64,000 bases of DNA from the human T2T-CHM13v2.0 reference genome, Homo sapiens. The stretch is taken from assembly GCF_009914755.1 (NCBI RefSeq), contig NC_060932.1, one strand, 5' to 3'. Under the pieces are notes generated by a model. The model worked only from the letters and a program-made list of their open reading frames with translations, ran no database searches and was not told the origin of the DNA. This document shows positions 40,560 through 55,214 of this stretch, in pieces; position 1 is the stretch's first letter; each line of letters starts with the position of its first letter. Both the position numbers and the translations under genes were made by a program.

Positions 40560-40824
40560 TTTTTTTTCATTACATAGCTTTATTGAGGTATAATTCCAAT
40601 ACCATACAATTTACCCATTTAAAGTGTACAATTAAATTGTTTTTAGTATATCCGCAGATCTTTGCAAGTATCACGGCAGTCAATTTTAGAACATTCTATC
40701 ACTTCCAGAAGAAATCTCATATTTATTCATCACCCTTTTATCCCCTATCTCCCCTCTTTCAAACCTGAGCAATGACCATTTCCCTATTTTAGACTTTCAT
40801 ATGAAGGTAATCATATAGCATGTG
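40560..40824 (-). mobile_element. L1MB-like 3' end fragment
   Basis: agctttattgaggtataatt...tttacccatttaaagtgtacaatt...caattttagaacatt. Confidence 0.85.
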
Positions 40825-42058
40825 AGAAAGACAATTATTTTTTGCCAAAATCAAACGAAGTATGTTGGCAGGTAACGATAGCATCCAGAAGGATGATGGC
40901 ACATGCCCGTATTCCTCCAGGTGATATTCCTTTACTTGCCTCTTCTGTAGTTGTCCATTGCAGCTCTTAACTCTAATTACTGTTATTCTGTTTACAAGTA
41001 GTTTCCTTTCTCTAAAAGGAAAAATAGTGGTTAGCTCTATGCATCTTCCCTGCACCCCCATGCCCATAATATGATTGATTGATTAATTGATTGGAGTAAT
41101 AATAATATTGAACTGAAAAGATTACTTGGCAAGACTCCTGATGCTCTAAAAGCATTCCAGGTTTTATTTGGTGGTATTTCACAGTAATGCTAGTAAAACC
41201 GTTGTGTAGAGTCATTCTCAAAATGCTTTAGATGGAATTATACATCCTTCTTCCTACAGAGCTAGCTATAAAATCCACTATGCTTTGTAAAAAGAATATC
41301 ACAAAGCTGAACGATGTATGTGCGAACATTACCTGGGCTGTGCTTTAGAACACTGCCTTCCTTTTCCTAATCTTGTATTTCTCCATAAACTACAATAACA
41401 ATGCTCAGTTAATTCAAGCATTCTCTAAACCACAGTCATGAGCCACAGTCCCGCCCAGGAGTGCCTTGGGGAGAAGATGGTGATGAAAGCCTTGCCTGGA
41501 CCTCAGGCCATTTATACTCCAGTAGGAAAGTAGACTTTGATCAAATTGTTACCAGAATAAATGTAAATCACAGGCATGATCCAGTGCTACATAAGTGTAT
41601 TATTTCAAGTAAGGAGACACTAAAGGAGGGGGCTTTAAGCCAAAATTTCAAAAATGAACAGTTTCCAGGTTAGGAGGGAAGGAGGAGCATAACTGGCCAG
41701 ACAACAGTGCATGCTGACATCCTTCAGGTTCAGGGCGATGGAGGTCCAGGAGCTACACTGGAAGAGAGGCAGTTTAAAGGTTCTCATTATTATTCAACTG
41801 TCATGGAAGCCTATCACCTGTTTTAAACAAGCCACATGATTTGATTATTGACTGGAAAACCTTACATTTCCCCATTTAGGCCCTGCACTAAATCTAATTA
41901 ACTGTAGCAGCTGAGCTGCTCACATTTTCTCCAGTAATGAAGGCAGCGTGATTTTGAGTTCCAATTTTATCTTCTGAGTTTTGTCTTAAAATTCAGTAAT
42001 TACTGAAGTCATTTTCAGAAATTAGTTTAAAAAGTACATCAGAGCTCCAAATGTCTAA

Positions 42059-42385
<327 letters not shown>

Positions 42386-42500
42386 AGAAAACCAAAAACC
42401 ATGTTTGGATTCAAACCATTCAAATTTCAGGATAAATTTTACATATAAGAGAAAAACTGTGGTAAAATAAGTGTTACATTTTGCATTTCAAAGATGGTTA

Positions 42501-42810
42501 CAATAGTCTCCACTTAACCTTGGGAGATGCATTCCAAGACCCCAGTAGTTGCCCGAAACTGCAGACAGTATTGAATCTTACACTGCATATAACATATTTG
42601 CTTACATATGCAAATTCATGATAAAGTTTAATTTATAAATTAGCATAGTAAAATATTAACAATAACTAATAATAAAATGGAATTATAATAATACACTGTA
42701 ATAAAAGTTATGTGAATGTGCTTCCTTTCTCTCACAAAATGTTGTATTGTACTGTACCCTGGATAACTGAAACCACAGAAAGTGAAACACAAATAAGCAG
42801 GGGATTGCTG
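42501..42810. mobile_element. MER44A/Tigger7-family DNA transposon
   Basis: TA at both ends. Degenerate TIRs caatagtctccactta / taagcagggattgctg. Internal tgataaagtttaatttataaattag. Confidence 0.85.
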
Positions 42811-43273
42811 TACAAGTCTGGGTGTTGAGGAAAGAATGGGATTATTGAGTCAACCCTCAGAAAAACTCTATCTCAAAAGCCTTTTCTCTGGACACCAAGA
42901 ATAGGTTTCCCAATGTCTTGCCATGGTAATTTGCATTAATAGTCTATGCATTTAAAAAAAATGGGTTCAGTAGCAGAATAAGAGAAAAGGGTGAAATGCA
43001 AAAACAGCTGAAGGAAAATACTCTGATAACAGCCTCACTGAGGAGACCAGCAAAATCATTGTTGTTCCCTGTCCCAAAATATCTGAATCACAATATCTGG
43101 ATGATTGTTTCATGGTTTAATTCTACCTAAAAGTTCATCAGTTAATGATTCATTTGAGTTAACCAGCTTTTTCCTTCTAAGAAACATAGATGCATCCTTA
43201 ACATCCTTTCTAATTTCCAAGTGTCTCTAGAGGCTATCAGTGACCTTACGCTAGGCCTGGAAAAGCCGTAGAC

Positions 43274-43525
43274 TTCATTCTTTCATTCATTCATTCAACT
43301 CAACAAACATGTCAAAGATAGACCAGACATTATTCCAGGCACTGGGTTTACATCGATGCACAAAACAAACTACCAAAAAATGTCTGCACCCTGAAGAAAT
43401 GTGCATTTTAGTTAGGAATGGGAAGAAGAAAGAAAACAATAAGTGTGAGAAATGAAAAAATAACATGTTAGACACTGATAACTGTAATGGGACAAAATAG
43501 AACAGATAAAAGGGGATTGGGAATT
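43274..43525 (-). mobile_element. L2a 3' end
   Basis: (TTCA)n tail followed by caacaaacat...ccaggcactgg...ctgcaccctgaaga. Confidence 0.75.
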
Positions 43526-44442
43526 TGGAGTTCTAACTCATAAATATTAAGGGTCTTAGAAGGGATTAGTCCTAATCTTATTTACCACTTTAATGCTATG
43601 TGAGTTTCCTCATAAATCTTAATACATGGGCTGTGTTAGGATAATAGCCTTCCTTTATTCAGTGTTTACTGTGTGCTAAATAAGCACTTGATTTCCACCA
43701 CACTGTCAGCCACAAATCACTATCTCTGCTCAGATCAGAGGCAGGGTCATCTTAGACACAGTCTGTGTTTGTTAGGGACACACAGACCAAAAAGCAGAAC
43801 AAGTGGGAGCCATTGTAACCTACGCCAGTAACTTCCCCCACAGAGCTGAGGGGTGCGGTGCATGAATATTAGGTTGCTGTGAAATAGTGAGGAAAAGGGA
43901 ACTGAGCAGTGGGTTTGAAATTCAGTGAGTAGGACAGTTTTCATTACCTTAATTATCATATTTCTTCTTAATATTCTGGAATTAGAAAGGACTCTACTTG
44001 CCAAAAAAAAAAATTCAATATTCCTGCTTTTCTAAAAAACTATTGACTATTTTATATTTAAGTATACTGGCAATTCAGTGTTAAAAATGGGCATGCAAGG
44101 GAAAAAAGAATATCTCTTCCAAAATAATTTTTTATACTTGAAACAAAAGCTTAGGTGGTTTACATATTCTGAAGATAGAACAACCTCAATGGAATTCAGA
44201 TTGTCTTTTCAACTAGGCTGTGTTACAAGTTCTATGCTTCTTTTTATATATGACATTTTATTCTTTTATGTACTGATTTCATTTCTCTACTACTGCTTTT
44301 AACCTTCTCAACTCTGTAATACAGAAATGGGATTCTTTTTCCGTTTTTAAGGATTTATTTTATTTTCTTTCACATAAGTTTAGCTTACTTGTCTTTCTTT
44401 TTTCATATCTCATTTAGTCAACTAATAAATAGTACTACTGCA

Positions 44443-44811
<369 letters not shown>

Positions 44812-45356
44812 TTAGTATGTGCTTTCACACAAGGAGGAATTCGATACTAAGGAAGGAAATGCAGATGAATCCCTCGTTTTTCATGCATATGTGCATTCTG
44901 ATTTTGTTTATCCATTTGTTCTGGTAAAGGTCTCTCTACTTCCTTGGTATCCCAACGGGTCACTGCACCACCAAAAGCCCTTAGCTGCCAGCACAGAATA
45001 ACTTAGCAGGATAACAGTAATATATAATTATCTGGTGTTTGGAATCCTAAATAAGAATTTCTATTGGACAGCATTGCTACACATTGAGGAGAATGCCTAT
45101 CTAAATACATAATCAATATTTGTTGATAAATGAAAACTTTCAAAGCCAATTGTTATTATTGGATGTCTCAGCAAAATTCTAAACAGGTAGATAATTTTCA
45201 TGGGAGCACTATCTACTTAGAGGAGAAATTCCACAAGTTTATTTAAATTCTGCCTAATATCCACTTAACATTCCCTTCAGAGCCTGTATGGTTTCTTAGC
45301 TAAAAGCAGCATTTTTTTTAGATTAAAAAGTACAATATATGATTTTCTCTTTTCAG

Positions 45357-45414
45357 GGAGGAGCAGAACATAACATTCCAGTTGTCGTTTCAAAAATCTC
45401 CAAGGAACAAAGAG
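45357..45414 (+). CDS. SNTG1: SNTG1 coding exon (58 nt, phase 0-1): GGAEHNIPVVVSKISKEQR+G
   Basis: Acceptor ttttctcttttcAG, donor GAG|GTaata. Continues the syntrophin PDZ motif SIKGGAEHNIPVVVSKI. Confidence 0.95.
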
Positions 45415-46244
45415 GTAATATGTTTAGAGAATTGTGTACCAGCCATTTCTTTAAGGCATTGTTTTTGAAGTGTGAGATGATATTCAAGAATCCTAAATTA
45501 CAATGTGATTGACTGGCTCCAGCTTCCCCACCTTCAGGCATTAGTGGCTGAGTCTGCTTCCTGGGTCCTTGCCCTTTATCCTCCTGTGGGGGAGGACTTC
45601 TCTCACAGAAGGGGAACAAGGCTGAAAGATAGGAACCCTTGAAAGCAGGTATGAGTTAGGGACTACACAGCTTTTCAGTTGTTTCATTAAACCAACAAAG
45701 ATACAAAACTAATGATAACAAGTCCCATCAAGTAAAGACAATTTCAAGTGTCTGTTTTTCAGTTCTCATTTGCAATTTTACTCAGCTAACCATTCATAAG
45801 AAACTGTAGGAAAAATAATGGAGATATAAAGCAGATGTTGCAAGAACTGAAATTAGTAAAACAATGTAATGTTTAAAAATGAACTTGGAGCCAATTCCAT
45901 AGCTGACGGATTGAATGTCTATGTCTTAAACATTTTCACAGAGACCTAATAATCTTAAGTGCGTGAGAAAATGTGGTCTTTTACCCTTAGAAGAGTGGCT
46001 CATTTTTAGCAACTGTTAGGTCTGCAATAGTAAAAGTAAATGGAAATATGTCTGCATGTGCTTCAGTAATTAGACTGAGTCATATTGTTTCGAATTTCCA
46101 TTTTTTGTGGATCTTTTAAGATGCTAACCATATAAGACACTTAATTTTTATATTTGTAAATTTTACCTTTATTTAATTAAAAGTCCTTTCATCTGCATAA
46201 CAAAAATAGTCAATGCATTATCAATTGTGCTTTTTCATTCACAG

Positions 46245-46288
46245 CGGAACTTTCAGGACTACTTTTTATTGGAGATGCAATTCTACAG
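46245..46288 (+). CDS. SNTG1: SNTG1 coding exon (44 nt, phase 1-0): (A)ELSGLLFIGDAILQ
   Basis: Acceptor tttttcattcacAG, donor CAG|GTatac. The split codon G+CG = Ala restores frame. Contains the PDZ GD-x-I-L motif. Confidence 0.95.
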
Positions 46289-46376
46289 GTATACATTTTA
46301 TCACTATATGTGTGGTCAAAACATTAACTCAATTTACAATATGCCATGGGAAACTATGCTTTTCTTTTCATTGCAG

Positions 46377-46418
46377 ATAAATGGCATTAATGTGAGAAAA
46401 TGTAGACATGAAGAAGTG
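46377..46418 (+). CDS. SNTG1: SNTG1 coding exon (42 nt, phase 0-0): INGINVRKCRHEEV
   Basis: Acceptor ttttcttttcattgcAG, consensus donor GTG|GTgagt. Contains the PDZ ING motif and the alphaB His (HEEV). The supplied ORF 46227..46466 runs through this frame. Confidence 0.95.
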
Positions 46419-46787
46419 GTGAGTTTACTTTTTCCTAATGTCATAGTTTTCCCCATGTGCAAATAAGAATTTAGTGCATTGCTAAAGACTGTCACTTCAT
46501 TCATTAGGCAGATATGACATTTATCCAGTTTGATATCAAATTTTCAAATGTTCTCTTATTTTTTTTTTAAATTAGAAATAGATTAACGAGTCCTATCAAG
46601 GATGAAATGTGTTCTGAAGAATTCTTACTTAAAGATGGTCATTTTCTATGTTTTTCCAGTTTTTCTATCTACCCCTACCAGTCAATGTCCATTAAATACA
46701 CCACTGGGCGAAATACATCTCTAAATCTCTGTAAATGTTTAAAAGCTTATAAACCATACATTTATGCCTGTAGAATCTCACACAGTA

Positions 46788-47092
46788 CAGTCATCCCTCC
46801 CTATTCATGGGATTTCACATCGGCAGATTCAACCAACCATCTGTAGAAAATATGTGGGGAAGAACAATAAGAAATAACAATCAATAATAAAAATAATACA
46901 AAAAATAATGACTATTACATAGTATTTGCATTATATTAGATATTGCAAGTATCTAAAGATTATTTTAGGCATACAGGAGGATGTGCATAGTTTATATGCA
47001 AATACTACAACTTGTTATATAAGGGACTTGAGCATCCACGGGTGTTGGTATCCTCTGGGGTCCTTCCTGGAACCAGTCCCCCACAGACAGAT
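46788..47092. mobile_element. MER2 (TcMar-Tigger)
   Basis: ta-cagtcatccctcc...gattcaaccaacc...agggacttgagcatccacgg...ggaaccagtcccccacaga. Confidence 0.85.
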
Positions 47093-47126
47093 TACCTAGG
47101 AACAAATGGAAGGGCATATAAAGACT

Positions 47127-47210
47127 GCGTGTGTGTGTAGTCTGTGTGTGTGAGTTTGTGTGTTTCTGTGTGTGGGGTGGTGGGGAGAAAGAGAGAGACA
47201 GAGAGAGAGA
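47127..47210. repeat. Imperfect (TG)n followed by (GA)n
   Basis: Read directly. Confidence 0.8.
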
Positions 47211-47239
47211 ACCTTAACCTCAAGGCAGACAGGTTTAGC

Positions 47240-47425
47240 AATAGACAGAGTAGTCATCCAGTTTTTCGGCAGTATTTTCTTAGATTTGTGAATGTACAGA
47301 TTCCCAAGCCCTGGAATTAGATATTCTAATTCAGCCAGTTTGGGAGGGCCCAGGGATGTGGATTTTAGCAACCGGCCTAAGTGTTTCCATCATAAGTGGC
47401 CTCTAAATTAAACTTTTAGAGAAGC
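47240..47425. mobile_element. MER5-like hAT fragment
   Basis: acagattcccaagccc...gatattctaattcag...gggagggcccagggatgtggattttagcaa. Confidence 0.6.
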
Positions 47426-49903
47426 TGAAAGGTTAAGGAACTTCTGTTGGGGGTGGTGAAATGACATTAAAAAAATACAGAAAGGAACAGGACTGTGGTA
47501 GGCATTCTAGGACATGTCTGTCGTGGTTGAATAAATATCATTCAAAAACCTCACTGATTTCTGTATCAGCTCCTATGGGAAAGAGTAGAGGATAAATCGT
47601 ATTTAAAAGTTTATACTCAAAGGTGAAAGAAAATAAGAAATACTGTAGTCCTTTTGCTTGTCACAGCTCTAGTTTATTTGGTTTTTGAATAGATTGCTCC
47701 TCTGTTAAAAGCTATTTAGAGAAAACTATGTTGATACATTTCACATCTAAGAGAGGCAACCTCAAGTGTCTGTGAAAAGCCACGGCTGCACAAGAACCGA
47801 GACGAAGGAGGGTTTTTAATTAGGAACACTTGGCATAACTAATCAAGGTTTTTTAGTATTTGTCACTTGTCTTTGTCTTCTTAAAATCTTATTGGAGTCA
47901 TGCTCTTGCCACTCTGTGCTCAAGTTCATGTAAAATATACATATTTCAATTCCCAAGTTTCCTACAAATATGTGCAAAAAAACTAATATTTTAGAACAAG
48001 TTTGTAAACAAGTGAGAAACCAGCACAGCACAGAGCCTTCTATCTTGCAGATTCCTATGTAAATTTTAAATATAGTCACATAAGCAAAGCTGCTTGTAAC
48101 TTGACTCTTTTTTCAAAAGTACAAAGTGATTTTAAACTCATTACCCAGGGAGTAAAACCAAGTGCATTCTCTTTTAAAACCACATGCTGTTAGACGGAAT
48201 GCAATTTGCCCTTCAGAGGCAGGCAGCATGCTTAGACAAACTGAGATGGAGCTTTGATTAAACAGATTAGTGCAGCATGAAAGATTAGAACGCACCAATA
48301 ATTCCACTTCTGAATGGTTCTCATTCTGTTATAAAGGAAAGAAATTTGGGATTGTATTGCAAATTATATGTGGTCCTTCACAATAAGCTTTTATTTTTTT
48401 CTGAGAAGCTTAACTCTACGAGCTTTGAAATATGAGTACTAATATTTTTATTTATTTCTAATATTTCACTTTCCAACAGCTATTAGATGCTTTGTCCTCA
48501 CTGCTTATTAGCTAAGCCAGTAGACTTACACCTCAGTAGAACAGAGATATTAATTAAATGTTTAATAATAAACCTACAAGGGCAGAAAAAGGTATAACAA
48601 GCTGAGAGAATGTAGGTGGTTTTGAGCTAGCATGCTGATGTACCACATTTCTTATTCCAAATAGCATGCTGATATGCCACATTCCTTGTAAAACACCAAA
48701 TTCAGAAACAAATTGGGCAGGTATGGAAGCATGTTGTTTGTGCATGTAACTTTTATTTTATATACCTACTCTATTCCTTGATGTTAGAAATTCTGCATTC
48801 AGTCTATGATCAGCTTTACTGTCAAACAGTCTTCAAAAGTGTAAATGTTACTTTTGTGTTGGAGTTATCAGGTTTGATTTATATAGAAGGGGGATTTTAC
48901 ATTGTTCAGGTAGTGGACAGTACCTGGTGCTGTGAGCAGTAGGTGCTCAGTAGATTTGTGGATGGGATTCTGTAACCAAATGCCTAGAATTAGATCATGG
49001 AAGCATTTACATCTACTGTATATATTTCTCATGGGACCAGTACGGGAGTGTAAGTGAAGTCCTGGCTTCACCACATCACCCACTGTATTCTTGCTGGAAG
49101 ATTGTTAAGGAAGAGAAGCTCACAGTTTCCTCATGAAAGGAAACTAGAACCAGTGCCCAGCACCGCTTGGCATGCAGCATGGTGCACACATAGGGCTTCA
49201 ATGCTCAGAAACAACTCTGCAAATCATAGCTCAACCACTTACAAACATTGTAATTTAAGGTGAACGGAATGAACTAAACTTTTCTATCACTCTATTATGT
49301 ATTCATAAAAATGAACCATTAATAAATGTTATGGGAATGAATGAGAGTACCATATGTGAAACTCCAAGCATATACCTGGCAATTAATTGGTAATACATTA
49401 TTTTGATGGCACCAAATGCCACCGCTCACATGCTGCTGCTCTTCTCCCTATTCCCCCTCCGTGGGCACTGCTGTGTCAAGGTGGGACAGGGTCTGCTTAG
49501 GAGCCATGATGGGCCCTGGGGGGTCACACACAGACAGAGCCAATGCTGCTGCTCAGCATCCCATGCTTCCTCCAACAATTCCAGTGAGGAGTTGACATGG
49601 TCAAGAGTGGCACAGCAAGAGTGGCAAGACTGTGTGAAAAATGGGGATTCCTTGTTCATTCTAGCAGTGTGTGTTTTTATTTTCCATGTGAACACGTTTT
49701 GGAGCTTATGAGTTGTACCTCCAAGAGACCAAAGCCCATCAAGGAAAATGATCTATTGCCACTACTGATGTTAATTAACACTGATGCTATTCTCCTTACC
49801 ACTGAACCCTAGACATATTAAGCTGATGGCCATCTCTATATCTTGTCATCTGTATTTTTCTTTTGCTTAACAAGTAAACTGATCACATATCAAGAATTAT
49901 CTG

Positions 49904-50541
<638 letters not shown>

Positions 50542-52012
50542 AAGAATTATCTGAGTGCCATCTATGTGAAAAGCACTGAGACTGAGTACTTTCTGAGGCT
50601 GAGTACTTTGTGTGATAAGAAAGAATATATAAATAACTGTATATCGCTGTAACCTTATTGGTATGTAGACATCATTTCTTTAGATTTTAATAATTGAGTA
50701 TACAAAAATTTTAAGAAAACTATTAGAAAGGGGCAATATGAAAACAATGTTTATTTACAATGGTCTTTAACATATAACAATGGTGATCTTCCTCTCTTCA
50801 CTAGAAATAATAGTAAATAAGATTTAACTATAGCAGAAAAGTATTTGTTGAGTAAAAAGCATCCTGGTTCTAATAGGATAATCTATTCGTATAACTGAAA
50901 TTTCCATCTAATGAGACTTTTGAAAGAGATCATCATTAGGCAAAGCAAGATGGATGCATAGCTGATTCCAGAGGTTTCCTTTTAAAGTAGCATTTCTGCT
51001 TTCAGACTTGAGATTTATGGGTTTCAAAAAAAATATGTTCATCTGCTTTTTGTTTCTATGATTCTCATGAATAGAATTTATTAGGTAATTTGAATTGCAA
51101 AAATTAACACCTAATTCTGAAGTCATGATTTTGAACTAAACTCTAAAAACATTCATAATTCTACATAATTCTAAAAGAACAGACTGAGTAACTAAAAGTA
51201 TGTAATTTAAAATGACACCTTCATACAGTGAAAACAAATGCTGATAAAACCTAATGCAAAAATCCTGGCTAATAGCATTTTGCTTGTTATGATATATGCC
51301 TATGTCAATTTAAAATTTCCACTGGAGTAGGAACATATTCTTTTTTACTTTAGATTAATCAGACAGAAACAATACAAGAGTTATAACAAATTATCTGGAA
51401 AAAGGCATAAATTTATATATTGGAACAGTCTAGGAGGTTTTATATGTCACCAAGGAACATATTTAGCATGTGAGTTGAGCACAAAGATCATTTTAGATTA
51501 AAATATCATGAGGCACAAATCATGTTTTACCTAACTGCTAACGATTACATTGTTTACAATCTGGAAATAGGTTTTGAGCTCTAAGTGATTAATACTGCCT
51601 TAAGAATTCTAACCCTACTGGATAGTTTTTCTTTGAATTAACTTCCACCAAGGAAAGCTATATACAATGTAATTTAACTTTGAATATTTCTCAGTGCTCT
51701 GGGAAATGTTTAGCGCAAAGACAAAAGGCCAGAAATGCTGTCTACACTATGTCTGCTTTTGAAAAGAAATAAAATATCCTTGCCTTATTTTCATACTTAG
51801 CTTTGCATTAATACTTTTAGGGATGCCTTTTTTGCTAGACCCACATGTCCGTCCCCTGTATAAGCTATACATCCAGACAGCACAGGTGACATTTTAATGA
51901 CTGCATGCTTGTACTCCTGACTGCTGATTCTTATCAAATCTTTATTTGTCCTCTTATTTTTTGAGTGAAGTTGAACAACTTAGAGAACTGAAAGACCCAA
52001 TTTTGCAAAGCT

Positions 52013-52418
52013 CCATCTAGTCCATCCCCTCAGCTGTAACAAAATACTTGTAACTGGGTACCTTATAACTAATAGAGGCTTTTTTTTTTCCCTCACAGTC
52101 ACGGAGACTGGGAAGTCCAAGATTAAGGCACCAACAGGCTTGGAGTGCACTGAGGGCTGCTCTCTACTTTAAAGATAGTGTCTTTTTGCAGCCTCCTCTG
52201 GAAGGGATGAAAGCTGGGTGGGTGCTCACATGGCAGAAAAAATTTGAAGGGCCAAGTAGCTCTCTGAAGATCTTTTATGAGAGCATTAATTCTGTTCATG
52301 AGAGTGAAACACTCCTGATTTAATAACTTCCCAAAAGACACCACCACTTGCTACCACCACAATGGGGGTCAAGTTTCAATATAAAATTTAGAGGGACACA
52401 AACATTCAAACCTTAGCA
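52013..52418 (-). mobile_element. MaLR solo LTR, MLT1A-like
   Basis: ctgggaagtccaagattaaggcacc...ctcacatggcaga...gggacacaaacattcaaaccttagca. Confidence 0.85.
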
Positions 52419-52924
52419 CCTTCTAATAATGAGACAAAACCAGGCCTGAAAAACCAATTACTTAGGAGGGCCCCAGCCGATTTCCTTGGAGAGGAGTCTA
52501 AAAACAGGATACATCTCAGAAGGCACACCTAAACCAGGTCAAATTGGGAGGAGAAAGCTGGCAGGGCAGGCATGGGTGAGCCTGCAATCCCTTCACACAT
52601 TCTGCAAGGATCTTCTCAGACACTCTCCTGTCTGGGGGGTTGGAATGAGGAATGCGTGTTATACAAATTCCAAAATTTTCACATAGCTGACATTTTATTT
52701 TCACAATAACCAGCTGATCAAACTGAAAGCCAAGGAGAAGAAACCGTATGACAACGGAGATTTTAACTCAAGGTAAAAGTTTTGTCACACTTTCCACTGT
52801 TTGATGTTGATAAAGGGCCTCATTCTGTCTTGCCCTCGTTTTTCTCATCTGAAGGATTAAGAGGTCGCAGTAGATTATTGCTTAGGTCTTTTTCAGGTAA
52901 AATCTTCAGTTCTTTCATTGTCAA

Positions 52925-53120
52925 AGAACACAAACATTTGTTAAAGCCCACAGAGCTGCAGCACACAAAGAGGAACCTCTAATGGGGCTAACTATGGGCC
53001 TCAGTGGATGACAACGCATCCACACTGGCTCAGCGATGGTCACAAATGCACCATGCTGATGCAAGATCTTAATAAGAGGGGAACTCTTTGTATTCCTGAC
53101 TCTTTCCGAATTCTCTATCA
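52925..53120 (+). mobile_element. L1MC/MD 3' end fragment
   Basis: acatttgttaaagcccacagag...aactatggg...caaatgcaccatgctgatgcaagatcttaataagagggga. Confidence 0.7.
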
Positions 53121-53749
53121 AAAGACAATTTTAAGGCCTTCCCAAGGAGCAAATGTACAATTTTAAGCAAATGAATACAGAGATGTGAGATTAGGCAAAA
53201 TGTTTTTACTTCTCTCCCCTTTTGAAACACTTTTTATATGACAATGAATAACTCTTTAAAGGTAAAAATCATACAGATAAAAGAGGAGGAGAAGAGAAGA
53301 CAGGGGGCAAGGGTTGTTGGTAACTTTATTTAAGAATAGAGAGCAGATAGACAAGACGGGGGGAATCCTGAAGGGCCAAGGGGCTGTAGCCAAAGCTGCC
53401 ATCCAGCAAACATCCCCACTGCAGGCCTCAGACAGCAATCGCGAATGGGAGTGTTGAAAGGAAGGGTTGAAGAGGTGTAGCCAAGAACAGGCAATCGAAT
53501 TAGAGTTCAAGAGGCTCTGAGTATTCAGCCCCAGGCACTGCCATAAGTACAGCGAAAGGTACATTCTGGGCAGTAAGTGGTCTGCGTTTGTCCTTCTTTC
53601 AGCTCTCAGAACACTGGCAGCCGGTTTCACCACTCAGAGAAGAGGTGAGAGGATTCTTTTTTAGTGAAATTGATCTAACAGAAATAATCCACAAATAGTA
53701 CATTTGGACTCTCCTGTTGCAAACAGGGTTCACCCTAAACCACACAGTG

Positions 53750-54330
53750 GAGCCCAGTGGATAAACCATGAATCCTGTACCCAACGCTGTCAATTTGCTT
53801 TTCAGTGTCTCACTCTCAAATATTTTGTAATACCAAAGGATCATTAAGATTTGAAGAAAATCAACCACATCAAAGGAAGAAGCTAAAACAGGAAAAAAAA
53901 AAAACTGAGGAAACAGACAAAGCAAGGTTTATTGAACAAAAGGATTTTATATTGTAATATTTTCAGATAGATGGTGAAAATTAATTTGTAAATGAATTAA
54001 TGCTACCATTATATATAAAAGGAACATGCAGAAAAAGAAGAGCTCTTGGATATTAACACTTTGATATCTATCTTCAAAAATTAGATTACAAAAATGTTGG
54101 GAAACATCTCAAAATGGAATAAAGTAGCAAACAAGAAGGTGATATGACAGACAAAGAATATGAGAGATACTACATTCAATAATTTTTACACTGAACCAAT
54201 GGAATTCAGAAATAAAATATTACATGAAATAAAAGGAGCATCCATTATCAAAAGAATAATACAAGAAAAATATCCAGACTTCTTGTATATATTTTCCAAT
54301 AGAAACACACTACCAATTAAAAAAAAATAA
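53750..54330 (+). mobile_element. Probable HAL1/L1ME ORF1 region
   Basis: aagaagagctcttggatattaa...aaaagaataatacaagaaaaatatccaga, ORF1-like. Heavily degraded. Confidence 0.5.
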
Positions 54331-54369
54331 AAGCATTTTACATGTCTACACTTGCCATGAAGTAGCATC

Positions 54370-55020
54370 ACATTTTGATATTACTTTGCATTTTCCTAAT
54401 GACTAAAAGTATTGAACATTTTTTCTTGTGTTTGTTATATATGCCATATCACTTTTATTAATTGGGTTCACTTCTTCTTACTGATTTCTAAGAGTTTGTT
54501 TACATAATCTGGCCACAAGTCAGATATACAATTCGCAAATATTTTTTCCTAGTCTGTGGCTTAGTCTCTTCAATTACTTAATGGTATTTTTTGAAGCTTA
54601 AATGTTTTGACTGTTAATAAGTCTACTTTATCAATATTTTAATTTTGTCAGTTGTGCTTTTGGTGTCTTAGTTAATAAATCTTTTCCTAATCTAAGGCCA
54701 TACAGACTTACTGCCATGTCTTATTCTAACGGTTTTATAGTTTTAACTCTTGTATTTATGTCTAGGTTCAATTTTGAGTTAACTTTTGTATACAGTAAGG
54801 TAAGGTGTCCCATTTATTGAGAAGACTATTCTTTCCTATTCTATTGCCTTGACACTTCTGTTGAAAATGAGTTGCCCTAAATGTTAGAGTTTATTTCCAA
54901 ATTCTTAATGCTGTTCCATTAATTTATTCACATATACCAGTATTACATTCTTGATTCTTGTAACTTTGTACTATGTTTTGAAATTAAACGTTGGTAAGCC
55001 ATCAAACTTTGTTCTGTTTA
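54370..55020 (-). mobile_element. Old L1M ORF2 fragment
   Basis: ttgtgcttttggtgtc...catttattgagaagactattctttcc...aactttgttct. Confidence 0.8.
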
Positions 55021-55214
55021 TATCTGATTGTTAAGCAAACTATTTGTATTAGAATGGTTTTAGTTTTTATTTTTATTTTTTATTTGAGCATTTTATTTGA
55101 ATCATCATAAGAGAGGAGGTAATTAAAATAAAATATTCGAATATATATTTATTTTGAATTTTCATGTATTTTTCTCCAAATGAAATATACCCTTTTTATG
55201 CAAAATGATATACA

